64,000 nucleotides of DNA from Harriotta raleighana (Eukaryota): NCBI GenBank assembly GCA_050575255.1, contig JBNZDD010013683.1, positions 585,877 to 649,876 of the forward strand, written 5' to 3'. Both the position numbers and the translations under genes were made by a program. This document shows, piece after piece, positions 38,326-50,378 of the stretch. How positions within the stretch are numbered: the stretch's first letter is position 1; the number at the start of each line of letters is the position of its first letter. Under the pieces are notes generated by a model. That model was not told the DNA's origin. It searched no databases and was given only the letters and a program-made list of their open reading frames with translations.

Positions 38326-39074
38326 CAGTGAAAATGTTCATGTGAAATTGCTAAATCTTACACTTGTGTAGATCGCAAATGGGAGAAGGAACCCCTCCAT
38401 GCCCCCACCCCCCGCCAAACCCCTACCCACCCCACAGTAAAAACATGAGTTGAAATTCACCAGATCAGCGTGGCAGTTTTTGTTGCGAAAGCTATCCTCC
38501 AAATACTCTCCCACTGACGAATAGAATCAGGAATGATCCTTGCTGACAGTCACTGAGTATTCCTGTACCTCAGTCTTTTCAATAAACATGCTGTGCTTGT
38601 GAAATGGTACCTACAGTGTAAACCGATAAACACTCTGAGTCCCCAGTGAGCAATATTCTCCACTTGATGAAATTTGATCCAGAAGTAACTTGTCTGCATG
38701 TTCTGGTCCTCAGGTCCTGCTCTAATGAATCGTAAGGCAAACCTCAGTTGAGCATAGTTATAAATCACACCATCACAACATTTAATTTACAACTCAAATC
38801 AATCGGGCTCACTGAAGCCAGACACTAATATTCTGTCACTCAAAGCCTGGTGCTGTTTGCTCTCGAGAAGCTTCTGTCAATCAGAAAGGTCACAACTTGG
38901 CAATTCATCATTTGCACCAATTGCACAAAAATAAAACATGCTTTGAGTTCTGCCAAAATGTTCTCGCCTGTAACCAGGGTGCGATACTTTTGAAGCAGAT
39001 ATTCCAGTTATAATGATACTGTATACTGTATATATTTTTGATTTAGCACCTTATCATGTAAAATTATTATTTTT

Positions 39075-39245
39075 TTGGAAGGGATTATTACCCCTGGAAA
39101 GCGATTCATCATTCGACTAACAACCAGGTTCCTATCAATGACTAGGAGAACAGAGGCATGTGGAGTAAGGAAACTTGCTTAACCCACTCGAACCCACTCC
39201 TCTCGCTTTCGAGACAAGTGCTCTGACCGCTAAGTTACAGGACTC
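39075..39245 (-). mobile_element. Long-variant SINE 5' half
   Basis: Reverse complement: gagtcctgtaacttagcggtcagagcac...gggttcgag...gtttccttactccacatgcctctgttctcctagtcattgataggaacctggttgttagtcg. Confidence 0.85.
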
Positions 39246-40949
39246 AGAATTAAAGTAAAACAGGCAGACTGCCCCCAGCACTGCGTTGGAGGATTAGCCA
39301 CGACCGTGTCTTCAAAGTCCCAATCTGGGGGCTAGAACCCTCTGACTCCAAGGCACTCCGCTTTTACCTTTTGCATTCGATGCTGTCTTATAATCAGCCT
39401 CCGCGGTTCCTAAACAGAAGGAACCACATTTTGCTTTGCGTTTTGGCTTCAGAGGTTTTGCTTGCAATTTTAATTGGCACTGGCAAAACACTGCCTATTA
39501 CCACAACTACCTCTGCCTAACGTTCAACCTGTTGGGTCTACTGTCCGTGGCAATTGTCTTTGACTGTTCTGTTAATGGGATAGATCCATTTACCCAACGA
39601 GCTCCGTAAAATAATGATGGATGTTCATAGCTGTGTTCTTACCCTATAACATGGTAACGCTCAATGTTAGAAAGCCAAGATATTCATCACCAGAGTGCCC
39701 AGTGGACTGTGGCTGGAAGGTGACCCTGTCCACAGTCAAGAATGAGTATTCATTAGGCACACAGTTAGTCCATATGTCAGTGATAAAGTGAATAAGTCCC
39801 CTTGTACATCTTTTATCAGGGAAAGCACTTTATTTTCTACAGCTGGATAAATATTCGAAATAATTGGATGTGAAAAGTGAAATCTGGAAGAAATAGCACA
39901 TCTGGTTTAGAAATAATTAATCAACGTCTGCCATCTCCGATCGGCCACTGCAGTGTACAGTTGGAGGTCAGCAGGTATCTCTGCCCCAATCAATTGTGTA
40001 ACCGTTCGGCAGTAAGTGGACAGCTGACAGAGGATTCCACTACAGACTCTGCGACAGTCAATCGCAATGTCTTCCTCAGATAAATTCCCCGGGGAATGAA
40101 AAGCGTGGTAAACAAAGGATAACACAGGAGAAGAAGAACAACAGAGCTCCTGTTCAGCCGCTTTAGCACCGGTAGACGTATGACTCCAGGCTCTGTGACC
40201 CAGGTCAACCTGCCATTATACCAACACTGTATTTTGCTCCAATTCATAATTGTGTTGGTATAACAGTCATCGAGGATTACCATGTAATGCAGGAAAACAG
40301 AGACAAGCATCACACCCGGGTGTGACATTTGCCTTTATTACATTCCTTGGCCCCAATGTGTGTTGCTTTCATTTTGTTGTAAGAATGTAGCCAAAAGTAA
40401 TTACAATTCCACATGTTAACATGTGCTTGCTTATTTGGAGAGGACGTTGCCTCTAGTGTTTGTCGCTTCTCCTGACAATTTAGTCTCGCTCTATGCGTGA
40501 TCATAACTCTTACCAGCTATTCTTTGCGCCTGAGCCCATCCACTAACTGTCGGCTGGCTATTTGATTATGAAGAAGGGGGCATTGCAGCGAAGTGAAAGT
40601 GAATTTTATGCCATTGAGATCCTTCTCCAACTGTGAGAAGCTAAATAGCTTTAAGTATGAATCCTCTGCATTTAAACTGCCACATTATGTTTTGCCTTGC
40701 CCAAGCTGTGGGAAGAAAATGCTCTAATATGAAACTAACTCCTACTCATGTCAATGGAGTTAAAAGCATGTGAGGAGCTCTGCTTCATTGACTGACACTA
40801 ACTGGTCAGTGACTGAAACTGAATGGAGTATAGCTTTGCTTACAAACTATGGAGGTTTGCGCCTTAAAATCTCTGACCCAAGAACAGACCTCTGTTCTAA
40901 TTTAAGAACAGCAATGAGACTGCAGAGTTTAGCTAATAGAGCATATCGT

Positions 40950-41485
40950 GTTGCCTAGATATAAATAGGAATCCACTTGTTAGTCAATGGATTGATCGCT
41001 TTCTGGGGGTAATAAAACATTCAACAACAACAAAAAATTTGGTCACTCAGTTCACAACTGTTTGTGGGACACAGTTGTATGCAATTGATTGCCACATTTC
41101 AACCACAAAATATACAGTCAATTATCTTTACAATAAATTCTGTAAAGCCCTTTCAGACATCTCAAAGAAGTGATAAGGCGGTATATCAAATGCAAGGATT
41201 ATTTTTATCAGTGATAAAGGTTGACTCAAAATTACTTGTACAACTGAAGTACTCACAGGGCAGCAATAATTGGGAGGATGGTCTGAGGAACGGGGCTTAT
41301 TTTTAATAATAAAAATGGGTCATTTCAATCCTCGATTGTTTGTGGGACACTGCTGCAGTGCGCACTTGGCTGCTGCCTTCTGCCCACAAATATACAGTCA
41401 ATTCACTTCACAGTATATTCTGTGAAGCGCTTTGAGAAGTCGATAAGATGTGAAAAGCGCGATTTCAAATATAAGGATTATTATT
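40950..41485 (+). mobile_element. Two tandem SINE fragments (long variant 40950-41205; 3' part 41305-41485)
   Basis: Each has the gtttgtgggacac core and a tail ending aaggattatt. Confidence 0.9.
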
Positions 41486-43583
41486 AGGTAAACACAGGAA
41501 TTCATTATATCTGCTTCTCTCACCAAACCTTTCCCAGGGATCATGCACGTACTTTTGTTTGTTCACCAGACCATTCATTAGGTCACAGGTTTGGCGTTTT
41601 CTTTAGAATTAATATCTAGATATCTGTGGTATTATCGAATGTATTCAGCACCTGCTCCTATTGAATGCATGGTATGTTAACGAATAGTTTCAAGGCTGAA
41701 CTCACCTTCCAATTCCTGACCTGTAATCAAGAGTCTCCTCACAACACATAGGTAAACCCTCTTTCAAGAGCTCTATAATTTAATAAAATTGTTTAGCTAT
41801 GCTGCTGCTGTGAATCGAATAATCCAGTTTATGTTCACACCTCCAGCGTTGCTGTGTGTTAGCAGACTCTCCTATCTTCAATGCAGTCAGTATGCAAAGC
41901 TCAGATACCAGAAGCTGGAGGTGGAACTCACAGAGAGCTACGACTATTCCTCTATAGGTTAGGTCACTAACTTTAAAAGAGGAAGATATTAAAAGGTGAC
42001 AATAATTAGTCATTTAAGGCATAATTAGCTGGTGCTAATCCCAGTAGGTAATGATGCTTGAATAAGGGCCTACCTTTGCAATTGCTGTAAGGCCGCCATA
42101 CATTCTCCTGGGTCCAATACAGGCAATGATCTGGTTATTAACAGTGCAGAACAGGGATGTTCTCTGGGAGAGAAAACTGCAAACATTCTCTGTTTTACAA
42201 GGCTTATAAAACGTGGCATCTTTTTTATGATATTGTTCGGGGCGGTTCTTAAAGACCGCGAGGATCAGACTGGCGACAATGAATCATTCATGGATTCAGA
42301 ACCTCTGCAGTAAGGCAAAGCAATGCAAGCTAGAGAACACAGACCCAAGGATATTGCCTCACCATGCTTGTGTGGGTGGCACAAACGTGTGGAATTCTCA
42401 GTTGGATACTCTTAAGCATTGGCGATGGATTTCTGCACGCGTCAGACACCTGGCTAACTAAAACAACATAGTGTTCACTGATTAATGATGCTTCCACCAC
42501 ATCCTTTTGAACACAAGTCACTTTACCACATACAGTACTAATAATATACTGCACGTCTGCCTTGTATCCAATTCTAATAATAATACTTACATTTGATATG
42601 GCACCTTTCATGGTGTGAGGGCGTCTCAGAGCGCTTCAAAGGATATACTGTAGTGTATTTTTGTTGGGAGACTTGAAATAAAATCTATGAGTTTGAAGGC
42701 AAACATAGCACAAGTTATCTGATACAGAAAGCCTTAAACACAATCGCCTGAGCTGGTGGCTGTCCCCACCAGCAGCCACACTGTGAGAGAGCGACATTTG
42801 GGATAAATTCAGTTTGAGGAATTGGTCCTCTACATGTCTCTAGAGATCTGCATGTCAGGGAAATAGAAAAACAAATTGTCAACAGTGTAAAACTTCCAAT
42901 GTTCCTGTCCAACTTGTTTTGGACTGTTGCAGCTCACAGTAGGCAGTAAAGACAATGATACAACATAAATTTTATACACACCCTGAGACATTATTGGGTG
43001 TGTGCAATTAAAAATAATTGTGCTTACATAGAAAACTGTGTCGATACAAACAGGAGGTGGAGCTTTAAAATGCATTCAAGTTTGTCCCACACTTGTCAGG
43101 TCCAGCAACGAATAATATTAGCTGATTAATAGCAAATTCCTTTAAAAAAAAACTTCTAACAACTTCTGAATATAATTGAAGCACTGAATGGAGCAAAGGA
43201 ACACTTCTAAAGACATGGGAAATGTAGCTCCTTAACCCGCATATTCCACTAAATTGCAACCCTCTTTATATTCATCCACCCGCAAATCACTGTTAGAGAG
43301 AAGCTTATTTTCTTTGCAATGTCTGAGCATGGGTTTAAAATAAATGTGTGCATGGCAGAGGGCTATTTACATCTAATTGGTGCCCAGGAAAACATTCTGT
43401 TTGAGTTTCTTGTCCGAATAAAAATATTAAAATGAATGTTTCCTGACGCTTTTGAGAAATGAATTCAATTATCCAGAATTTTATTGTTTATGAAAATGGA
43501 TGATGGATTGGCAAGCACCCTTGATCTATGATGCTTTTACAATATTAATAGTCGAAAATAATATGTTTTTTGTTTTCCTTTAG

Positions 43584-45201
43584 AAAAGGAAGGACATGTT
43601 CCAAGGAGACTTGGTTATAGCACTGCTAAACAGAGTCTTGGTACAAATGAATTCAAATCACACCACTCAGGCCACAGTAGCTGAAATCAAGCAAAGGTAA
43701 GAAGCTGAATTTTTTGTTATGTCCCACCCTTTTAACCAGTAACGAGTGATGAGGCCAGTGAGCTTCAGCACACAACTCGGATTTCCCTCTGCACGTGTTC
43801 CGATATTAAGAATCAAACAATTTGATGAGTGATTTTGTGACTAAAACCAGATTCTCTGGTGGTTCTGGAACAGCAATGTTGCCAAATAAAAGGCTTCATT
43901 CAATTCTTACGACCCTAACCTTTGGAACTCCTTGCTTCTACCACTCAATCTTACAGAAACTGTCCTGGCCTCAACCACCTTTCTTGGCAACCAGTTCCAG
44001 TCATTAATTATCCTCTGGGCAAAGGAGAACTTCCCAATGCCTGTTCCCAAAATTGCCCTTTGCAACTCAAAAACCTGTCCTCTTGTTCTACTGCCTTGAT
44101 GCGTGTTATTGTTCTCCTCTGAGACCTCATCAATTAATGTTTTCCTGACCATTGTTTTTAAATGACTGAAAACTTCAGAATCTTCTAAACCAGCACATTA
44201 CCGCAGGCTTTAGTAGATGAAATAGCAGCACAGTTGGAGCCTGCTGTTGGATTTTGCCTGTTACCCAACTGCAACGTTAAGATTGATGGCTTCCACCACT
44301 GGGCAGAATGAATTGGTGCTCCAGAGGAGCAGATTCACACTGAACATAACCTGCGTTCTTAGGTTAAAAAATAGTCTGCTCGTACACATCTACATTATAC
44401 AAGGGCACTTGTACCTATCATTAGATGGAAAGGCTCCCTTTGAACAAAGGAAGGTTTGACAAACCGTTTGCACACTTGGGGTGGGGGATGTTGAAAGTAA
44501 AATGCAATCTCATTTATTCCAGGTAATGCCACAATCTCTGGATCAATCATTGCCGTTTCCAATAACAGTAGTAATGTTGTATCATAAACTGCACTGTTGC
44601 AGCATTGTTGGACGTTGGATGATTATTTGGAGGATGATCCGATGACATGCTCCACGCTGAGCGATTTACTTCCACAGTGATCACAAACTTTCTGACATGC
44701 AAGAAAATAGGGAACGTTGAAGGTTTCTAAGCATAAAGTCAGAAATGGACCTTTCAGATTTCCTGAAATTGTACACAACAAGCGAAAGTTAACTTAGGAC
44801 AATTTTCCTAAGTTTTTTTGGAACAAGCAAAGAGAGTAAAAAGCAATACATCATCCAGTAAGTACATTGTTAGATTTCTTATGATTTGTTTTGGAAAAGA
44901 CAGCAAAAAAAACCATACAAAATTACAAGGCCATTTTGTATTTCAGAATCGAGCAATAGTTAGACAAAAATCAAATGGATTCAATTGACAAAATATCACA
45001 TGAGCTAGAAAAATGGCATGTTAAAAACTCTCGAAGGATGAAAGATGAGAGACGTAAGCTTCCTGAAAATTACCTCTGAAAAAAATTGCTTAAATTGCTC
45101 ACTGTCCTGGCACCTAGAGGTTAAAGATCTACAATATTCTTTTACAAGCATTCACTTGCAAAAGAAGCAGTGTGGTGGTACATCAATTCAACAATATCAG
45201 G
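43584..45201 (+). pseudogene. Candidate four-exon pseudogene or lncRNA fragment (43584-43696, 44678-44857, 44947-45053, 45118-45201)
   Basis: Each segment has a pyrimidine-rich AG acceptor and a GTAAG donor; the spliced 484 nt reads in one frame with three stops; no homolog recognised. Confidence 0.3.
43900..44110 (-). mobile_element. CR1 ORF2 C-terminal fragment
   Basis: ORF 43907..44152(-): SRTRGQ...FSFAQRIINDWNWLPRKVVEA. Confidence 0.9.
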
Positions 45202-45570
45202 GTAAGATATGAAAATTTTTATAGTTGATTCTGTGTGATTATCACACTAAAACGGCAATATCACATGGAATCTCACAGTTTTTATCCCAGTTATGAAATG
45301 CAACTTTTTCTACCTTCAAGGGCAGCCATTGTTGCATGTTTTGTTTTCACTTTGTTTTCCTTTCTGGAAATATTTGTGTCTTACTATTCATGAAGAATGA
45401 CTGAACCAGCTGGCTGGGAGCAAGATGAACTCTGGTAAATATTAGGGTAACACATACTGAACAGGCTCATGGTTTTAACATGAATCAAGCCAATTTCTAA
45501 TGGTTTGTGTGGTCTAAGCAACTGGAAGCTTGCCAGACTTGTCTTTCAACTAGTCAAGCTATCTTACTGT

Positions 45571-45990
45571 GTTAGCTTGGCTGGCACAGTGCTCGCAGTC
45601 TTGCCTCTGAATCGGAAGGTTGTGGGTTCAAGCCGCACATACGGACAAAAAATCACATAGTCACCAGTCACTCAATGCAGTGTTGAGGTTGTGTTGTATT
45701 ATCGGAGGTGCCATCCTTCGGATGAGACATTAAAAACCAAGGTCCTGTTCAGATGGACGTTAAAGATCCTGTGGCCCTATTCCAAAAGAGAAGGGAGTTT
45801 CTCCTGTTGTCCAGGCCGACCATCCCCCAAATAAAATGGATTGCTCACGCCATTTCCACTTGATTGACATTGCTGTGCGGCTGCTGCTTTCAGAATACAG
45901 TCAATCCCACTTTACAGTATATTCTCTGAAGCGCTTTGAGAAATCTCGATGACGTGAAAGGTGCTATATCAAATCTAAGGATTATTATTA
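45571..45990 (+). mobile_element. Near full-length Deu-domain SINE (SacSINE1-like)
   Basis: Head cttgcctctgaatcggaaggttgtgggttcaagcc; Deu domain ggaggtgccatccttcggatgagacattaaaaacc...ttcagatggacgttaaagatcc; L2-like tail. Confidence 0.9.
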
Positions 45991-47414
45991 TGCGGATTAA
46001 CTCCAGCAGTACCCCCCAATCCACAATCTGGGGGCACAAAGCCTTGGCTCACATAAAGCTGTGCTTTGTACCTTCTGCGATTAGACGAACAGGGTGTGTT
46101 GTTCCTTCGACGAACGAGAGAGTATCCCATTCTAGACACTAGCATATTTCCCTGAATACATGTCTGATTTGGAAGCTCTCAAGCATGGACAAGCTTGTAC
46201 AAGTCAAACACTCTCCTAAATAAAAAAAATGAAATCAGTACACTGTATACTCAACACAATACACAAATTCTTATGTGTAGAGTGTCTTCTAAATCCACTT
46301 CAACACCACGTAATAAACAGTCAGCATTGTTGAAGGATTTGGTATTAAGGGTGGAAAGGGCAAATGTTAGTGCCATTTGGTCAGAACATTAGGTTCACAG
46401 GAGGTCACAGTGACGGGCAGAATACTGAAAGTCACCTTTGGTGTGCTCAACTTTTCTCGCATGAATAGAATGCAGAACTAAATCTTCGGCAATGATTGCA
46501 CTTCTCCATTGCAGGAAAGTATGGAGTGGGTGAGACAATCTTTCTCTGGACAGCCCCTTATCGTTTGTAGCAAATCCAAGATACCTATCTTTAGAAGTTG
46601 CAACAGACGTCATTCTGCCCTCGAGTAAGATGGGCAGAAGGCCTTGGTAGCCCCAAGTCAGAGGCAGCTGTCAGTGTTACCATCCCCATCTGTCAGCTCC
46701 AGTTCACATTTTCTTGATGTGGATTTCAGTGCATTCTCGGTCCACTAATTGTGCCAACTCTAGGAATGTACAAGATTTGCAAAACAAAATCACATCAAAA
46801 GACACTTGAGCGCACAGTCATGCAGTCCTGTGTGGATTGCATTTCCCACATCTCTTTATGTGGAGAATACTGAAAGAAACCTTTGCATATCAGTCACGTG
46901 TGTACACACACACACACACAACTTGAGAAGTTTCAACTTGCTTAGTTCATCATTACCTCGGAGGCATCTGATGTTGCCTTCAGGAGCTAGAAAAAATTCC
47001 CAAATGCTCTTGCCTTTCGGTTTGAATTGGCGAACAGTTGCTTTGATGTTTACATTTTGTTTGCGGGAAACAATGTTGATTCAAGACTGGAAGCGATATT
47101 TAATCGGGATTTCTTTGGGCTTTGAAATATTTAAATTAGAACGTGTCTCTCTTTAACGGGAAGGCACTGCCTCCGTGCTGCAACCAGGGTGTTGCGATGC
47201 ATCTCCTGGCAGATGCATTCTCACTCTATAGTGATTCTGCACCTTATGGTTCTTCTGGGATCAGATATTTGGTAACATTTAAAGGCTGTGAATATCACAT
47301 CCAAAAAACAATTGTATTTCCCTTTTTTTTAAAAAAAAGACAAGTAAATGCAGATGAACATCAACTGTAATTTGTGGTGGACTAATCTATTGCGTTGCCT
47401 GCAACCTGCACACA

Positions 47415-47690
47415 AGTGCCCTCACACTCTGGAACTCCATCCCGCAGTCCCTTTGCCGTGCTTCCTCCCTTTCCTCCTTTAAGGCCGATCTCAAGACCTT
47501 CCTCTTCGACCGCGCCTTCCTTCACTCCTAACTCCTAACTCTCCCCCCTTTCCTACTCTCCGTCCCCCTGCCCCTTTCCCAACCCTTCCCACCCTGCTCG
47601 GGTCCCGACTAACTGTTCAGCACCTTGGGACGTCCTCCCGAAGTGAAAGGAGCTCTATAAATGTAATGTTGTTGTTGTTGTTGTTGTTGT
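47415..47690 (+). mobile_element. L2 3' end with (TTG)n
   Basis: ctctggaactccatccc...ctcaagaccttcctcttcgaccgcgccttc...gggacgtcctcccgaagtgaaagg. Confidence 0.9.
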
Positions 47691-48239
47691 AGTGAAGTTT
47701 TGGCTTTCTTACGTAGCTGTTTGGGACTGTGCGACTTGGTGCCTGTGTCTCTCGTGTGTACAATCCCCTACTCCTTTGCAACCTGTTGAAAACTTAGCAG
47801 CCTGAAAGCTCAGCTGGGTGGCAAGATGCTGCTCTTGGGAGCTGAGAATAACCGATGAATCTTCCTCTCCTCATGATGAGAGCATCCATCACCTATGCAT
47901 ATATTTTGACATTGTGGACTGCGCGACGCCAGGGTTGTCCCGTTCTACTGCCTAAGAGCAGAGTCGCGTGAAAATTGATAGCTGCAGTTATCTTCACTGT
48001 TATTAGTTGGACGATTACTATCGAGCAAAGGAATTTCAGGGGGATTGAGTACATGCCGGATGTCATAGGCCAACTCTAGTGAGACAAAAAAAAACTGCAG
48101 CTCATTCGAGGCCAAATGATTTGCTCTTTGGTTTCTAAAGGATATTCTCACCTCTTCTATATTGTCTTCCATGCTGCCTGCCAGCAGTGGCCAAACAAAC
48201 CCAATTTACTTACTGGAAGCATTGTCGTATCATTTCTCC

Positions 48240-48340
48240 CACAACTATACAGTCAATTCACTTTACAATTTATTCATTGAAGCGCTTTGAGACATCTAGA
48301 AGATGTGAAGAGTGCTCTATCAAATGCAAGGATTGTTATT
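48240..48340 (+). mobile_element. SINE 3' fragment
   Basis: tatacagtcaattcactttac...gaagcgctttgagacatc...atcaaatgcaaggatt. Confidence 0.85.
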
Positions 48341-48764
48341 GCTAACGTTACAAACTTGGTCGAGCGCACGGATAGTGGAAACCTGTTCCTATAGAATTTT
48401 GTGCTAACCTAAGTTACATCCACGTCCTCAATCTGTTTGTTTTGGGCAATGTGTACTTTTCCTTGAGGAACTTGCTCTGTGCATTTCGTTAAGTGTACAG
48501 TTGAGTGTAGTCATCACTACACCAGATCTGTGTTGGATTGCCAGCTGTTGTAAATGTACTGCAATCAAGGTTAAATGACCATTTACATTCTTGCATTCGG
48601 GAGGATTAAGGCATTCAGCATAGGATATCAACACAGCTCCTTAATGCTTTGTTTGGGTAACTCATTCTAGCTTCTTACCCCAGTCACTTCACCAAAAGGA
48701 AGAAACAGAAGTGGATGCAAAAAAAAAAGGTTAGAAGAATGTCAGAGTGAATTCCTTCTTGTAA

Positions 48765-48856
48765 TTAACAGAAATCACTCAACGGGTCAGAAAGCATCTA
48801 TGGTGAAAGGAGAAGTGAGTCAACGTTTTGGGTCTACTACCCTTTGTCAGAACTAG
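48765..48856 (-). mobile_element. Penelope-type repeat fragment with a degenerate minimal hammerhead ribozyme
   Basis: Minus strand agtt-CTGACAA-a-GGGT-agtag-ACCC-AAAA-CG-TT-gact, followed by ...catagatgctttctgacccgttgagt, resembling (from memory) a common chondrichthyan repeat. Confidence 0.7.
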
Positions 48857-49519
48857 GTTCTTGTTCTTTCTTGTCATTATTTGCCTGATGAAATGGTAAG
48901 ATTTTTTTGTGAGGTATTTTCAATAGAAATATCACTTGCAATTTTTTTTAAAAAATAGGTGAACTTTTTATGCAATGCTGGTGCAGGAGCAAAGTAACAA
49001 GTAGCGTATAGGGAGAAAAGTTTGTCTAAAATTGTCTGTCCTGTAACAAACTCTGAAATGTATTAATTATATTGGCCAGGTTATCGTGGCATTTGAGTAC
49101 CGCGAAAGGGGCTGCTTTGCTCTCAAAAGCTCTAATTGTTTTTTTACAAAGCTGTGACTTGGGGCAAAGTATTTTTGAATCGAATGGAGAGGTTTGTGTG
49201 CAGCCTGTTTCAAGGCTTAACAAAGCCTCAGATTCTGCGAAGTGTTTGCATAAAGGAAGCGTGTGCATTCAAGCCTTTCGTTGCTGCCTCATTTGCAGCA
49301 TTTGATGGCGGGTGGCTCATGACTTTCAAGCTGAGAGATGTGATCATGGCTGAAATTACATAGGTTTTCTTCTGGGTACCGTATTTTCTAATTGCATTCA
49401 TTATTTATGGCCGGATTGACCATTTGGTGAACTATTGGCTTCCTTTCCTAGTTCTGCTACGTCAAAACCTCCTGTACATTTCTATTTATCCCTTATCTGG
49501 ACACAGTCGTGTTTCTGCA

Positions 49520-49665
49520 CCATTGGATGGACTGATGTGATGTTTAACATCCACCTAAACAAACAGATTTGGTTGAACATCTCGTCCAAAGGATTGCACC
49601 TCCAACAATATAGCCCCTCCCTCGCTCCAGTACTGCATTGCTGTGTCCGTCTGGACTATGGTGCC
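49520..49665 (-). mobile_element. Deu-domain SINE fragment
   Basis: tttaacatccacctaaacaaacagatttggttgaacatctcgtccaaaggattgcacctccaaca. Confidence 0.8.
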
Positions 49666-49829
49666 CGTCCTCTCCACTCTTTGTTACTTAGGTTTAATGT
49701 GGATAATTTTCCGCTGCGCTCTCAAATTCATGTTCCGAAATGTGAGGACGCAGAGATGTCTGAATCTGTGTCTTGCTGGGACTTGCCAGGTAGAATGTGA
49801 ATCTCAATAATCATCATCATCATCAGCAT

Positions 49830-50110
49830 AATACTAATCTTTGATTTGATAGAATACCTTATCATGTTGCTGAGAGGTTTCAAAGCGCTTTATAGAAAAT
49901 ACAAAGTGCATTGACTGTATATGTTGAGAGAGATTTGCCGCAGCTAATGATGCACAGCAGTGTCCCAAAAATAATTGTGGATCGAGCGCCCAAATTTTTG
50001 TAAGGGATTGTTACCCCTGGAAATGAATCGATCGATTTCTCTGCCCGGGATCGTACCTAGGTCATCTCGCTTGCGAGGCAAGTGCTCGAACAAATATGCT
50101 ACAGAATTCC
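49830..50110 (-). mobile_element. SINE (long-variant derivative)
   Basis: Tail and core in reverse complement; gggattgttacccctggaaa; head ...caagtgctcgaac...gctacagaattcc. Confidence 0.8.
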
Positions 50111-50340
50111 TTGCTTGTGTACAATGTGCCAATTAATTGCTGTTGCTTGTCAGTTTATGTAACGTACACTCTCGCCCACTCTTCCAGTTTACGAAATGTA
50201 CACCTTGAGGCAGTTTCAGTTTAATTACTTTCTCTCATCTGCAGAAAGTGCTTCATTGTTGACAGACATTTCATTCTCTTTCTGTTTATACATCCGCAAC
50301 ATTTTTTATTAACATTTCTGTCATCCTGCATTCTTCTGCA

Positions 50341-50378
50341 TTATATATATATATATATAAGTATATACATATATATAA
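50341..50378. repeat. (TA)n microsatellite
   Basis: ttatatatatatatatataagtatatacatatatataa. Confidence 0.9.

Noticed and set aside
47945-48075. Minus-strand terminal-exon-like ORF (ELAYDIRHVLNPPEIPLLDS...) after a strong acceptor
   Set aside because: No upstream exon chain or homology that I can support.
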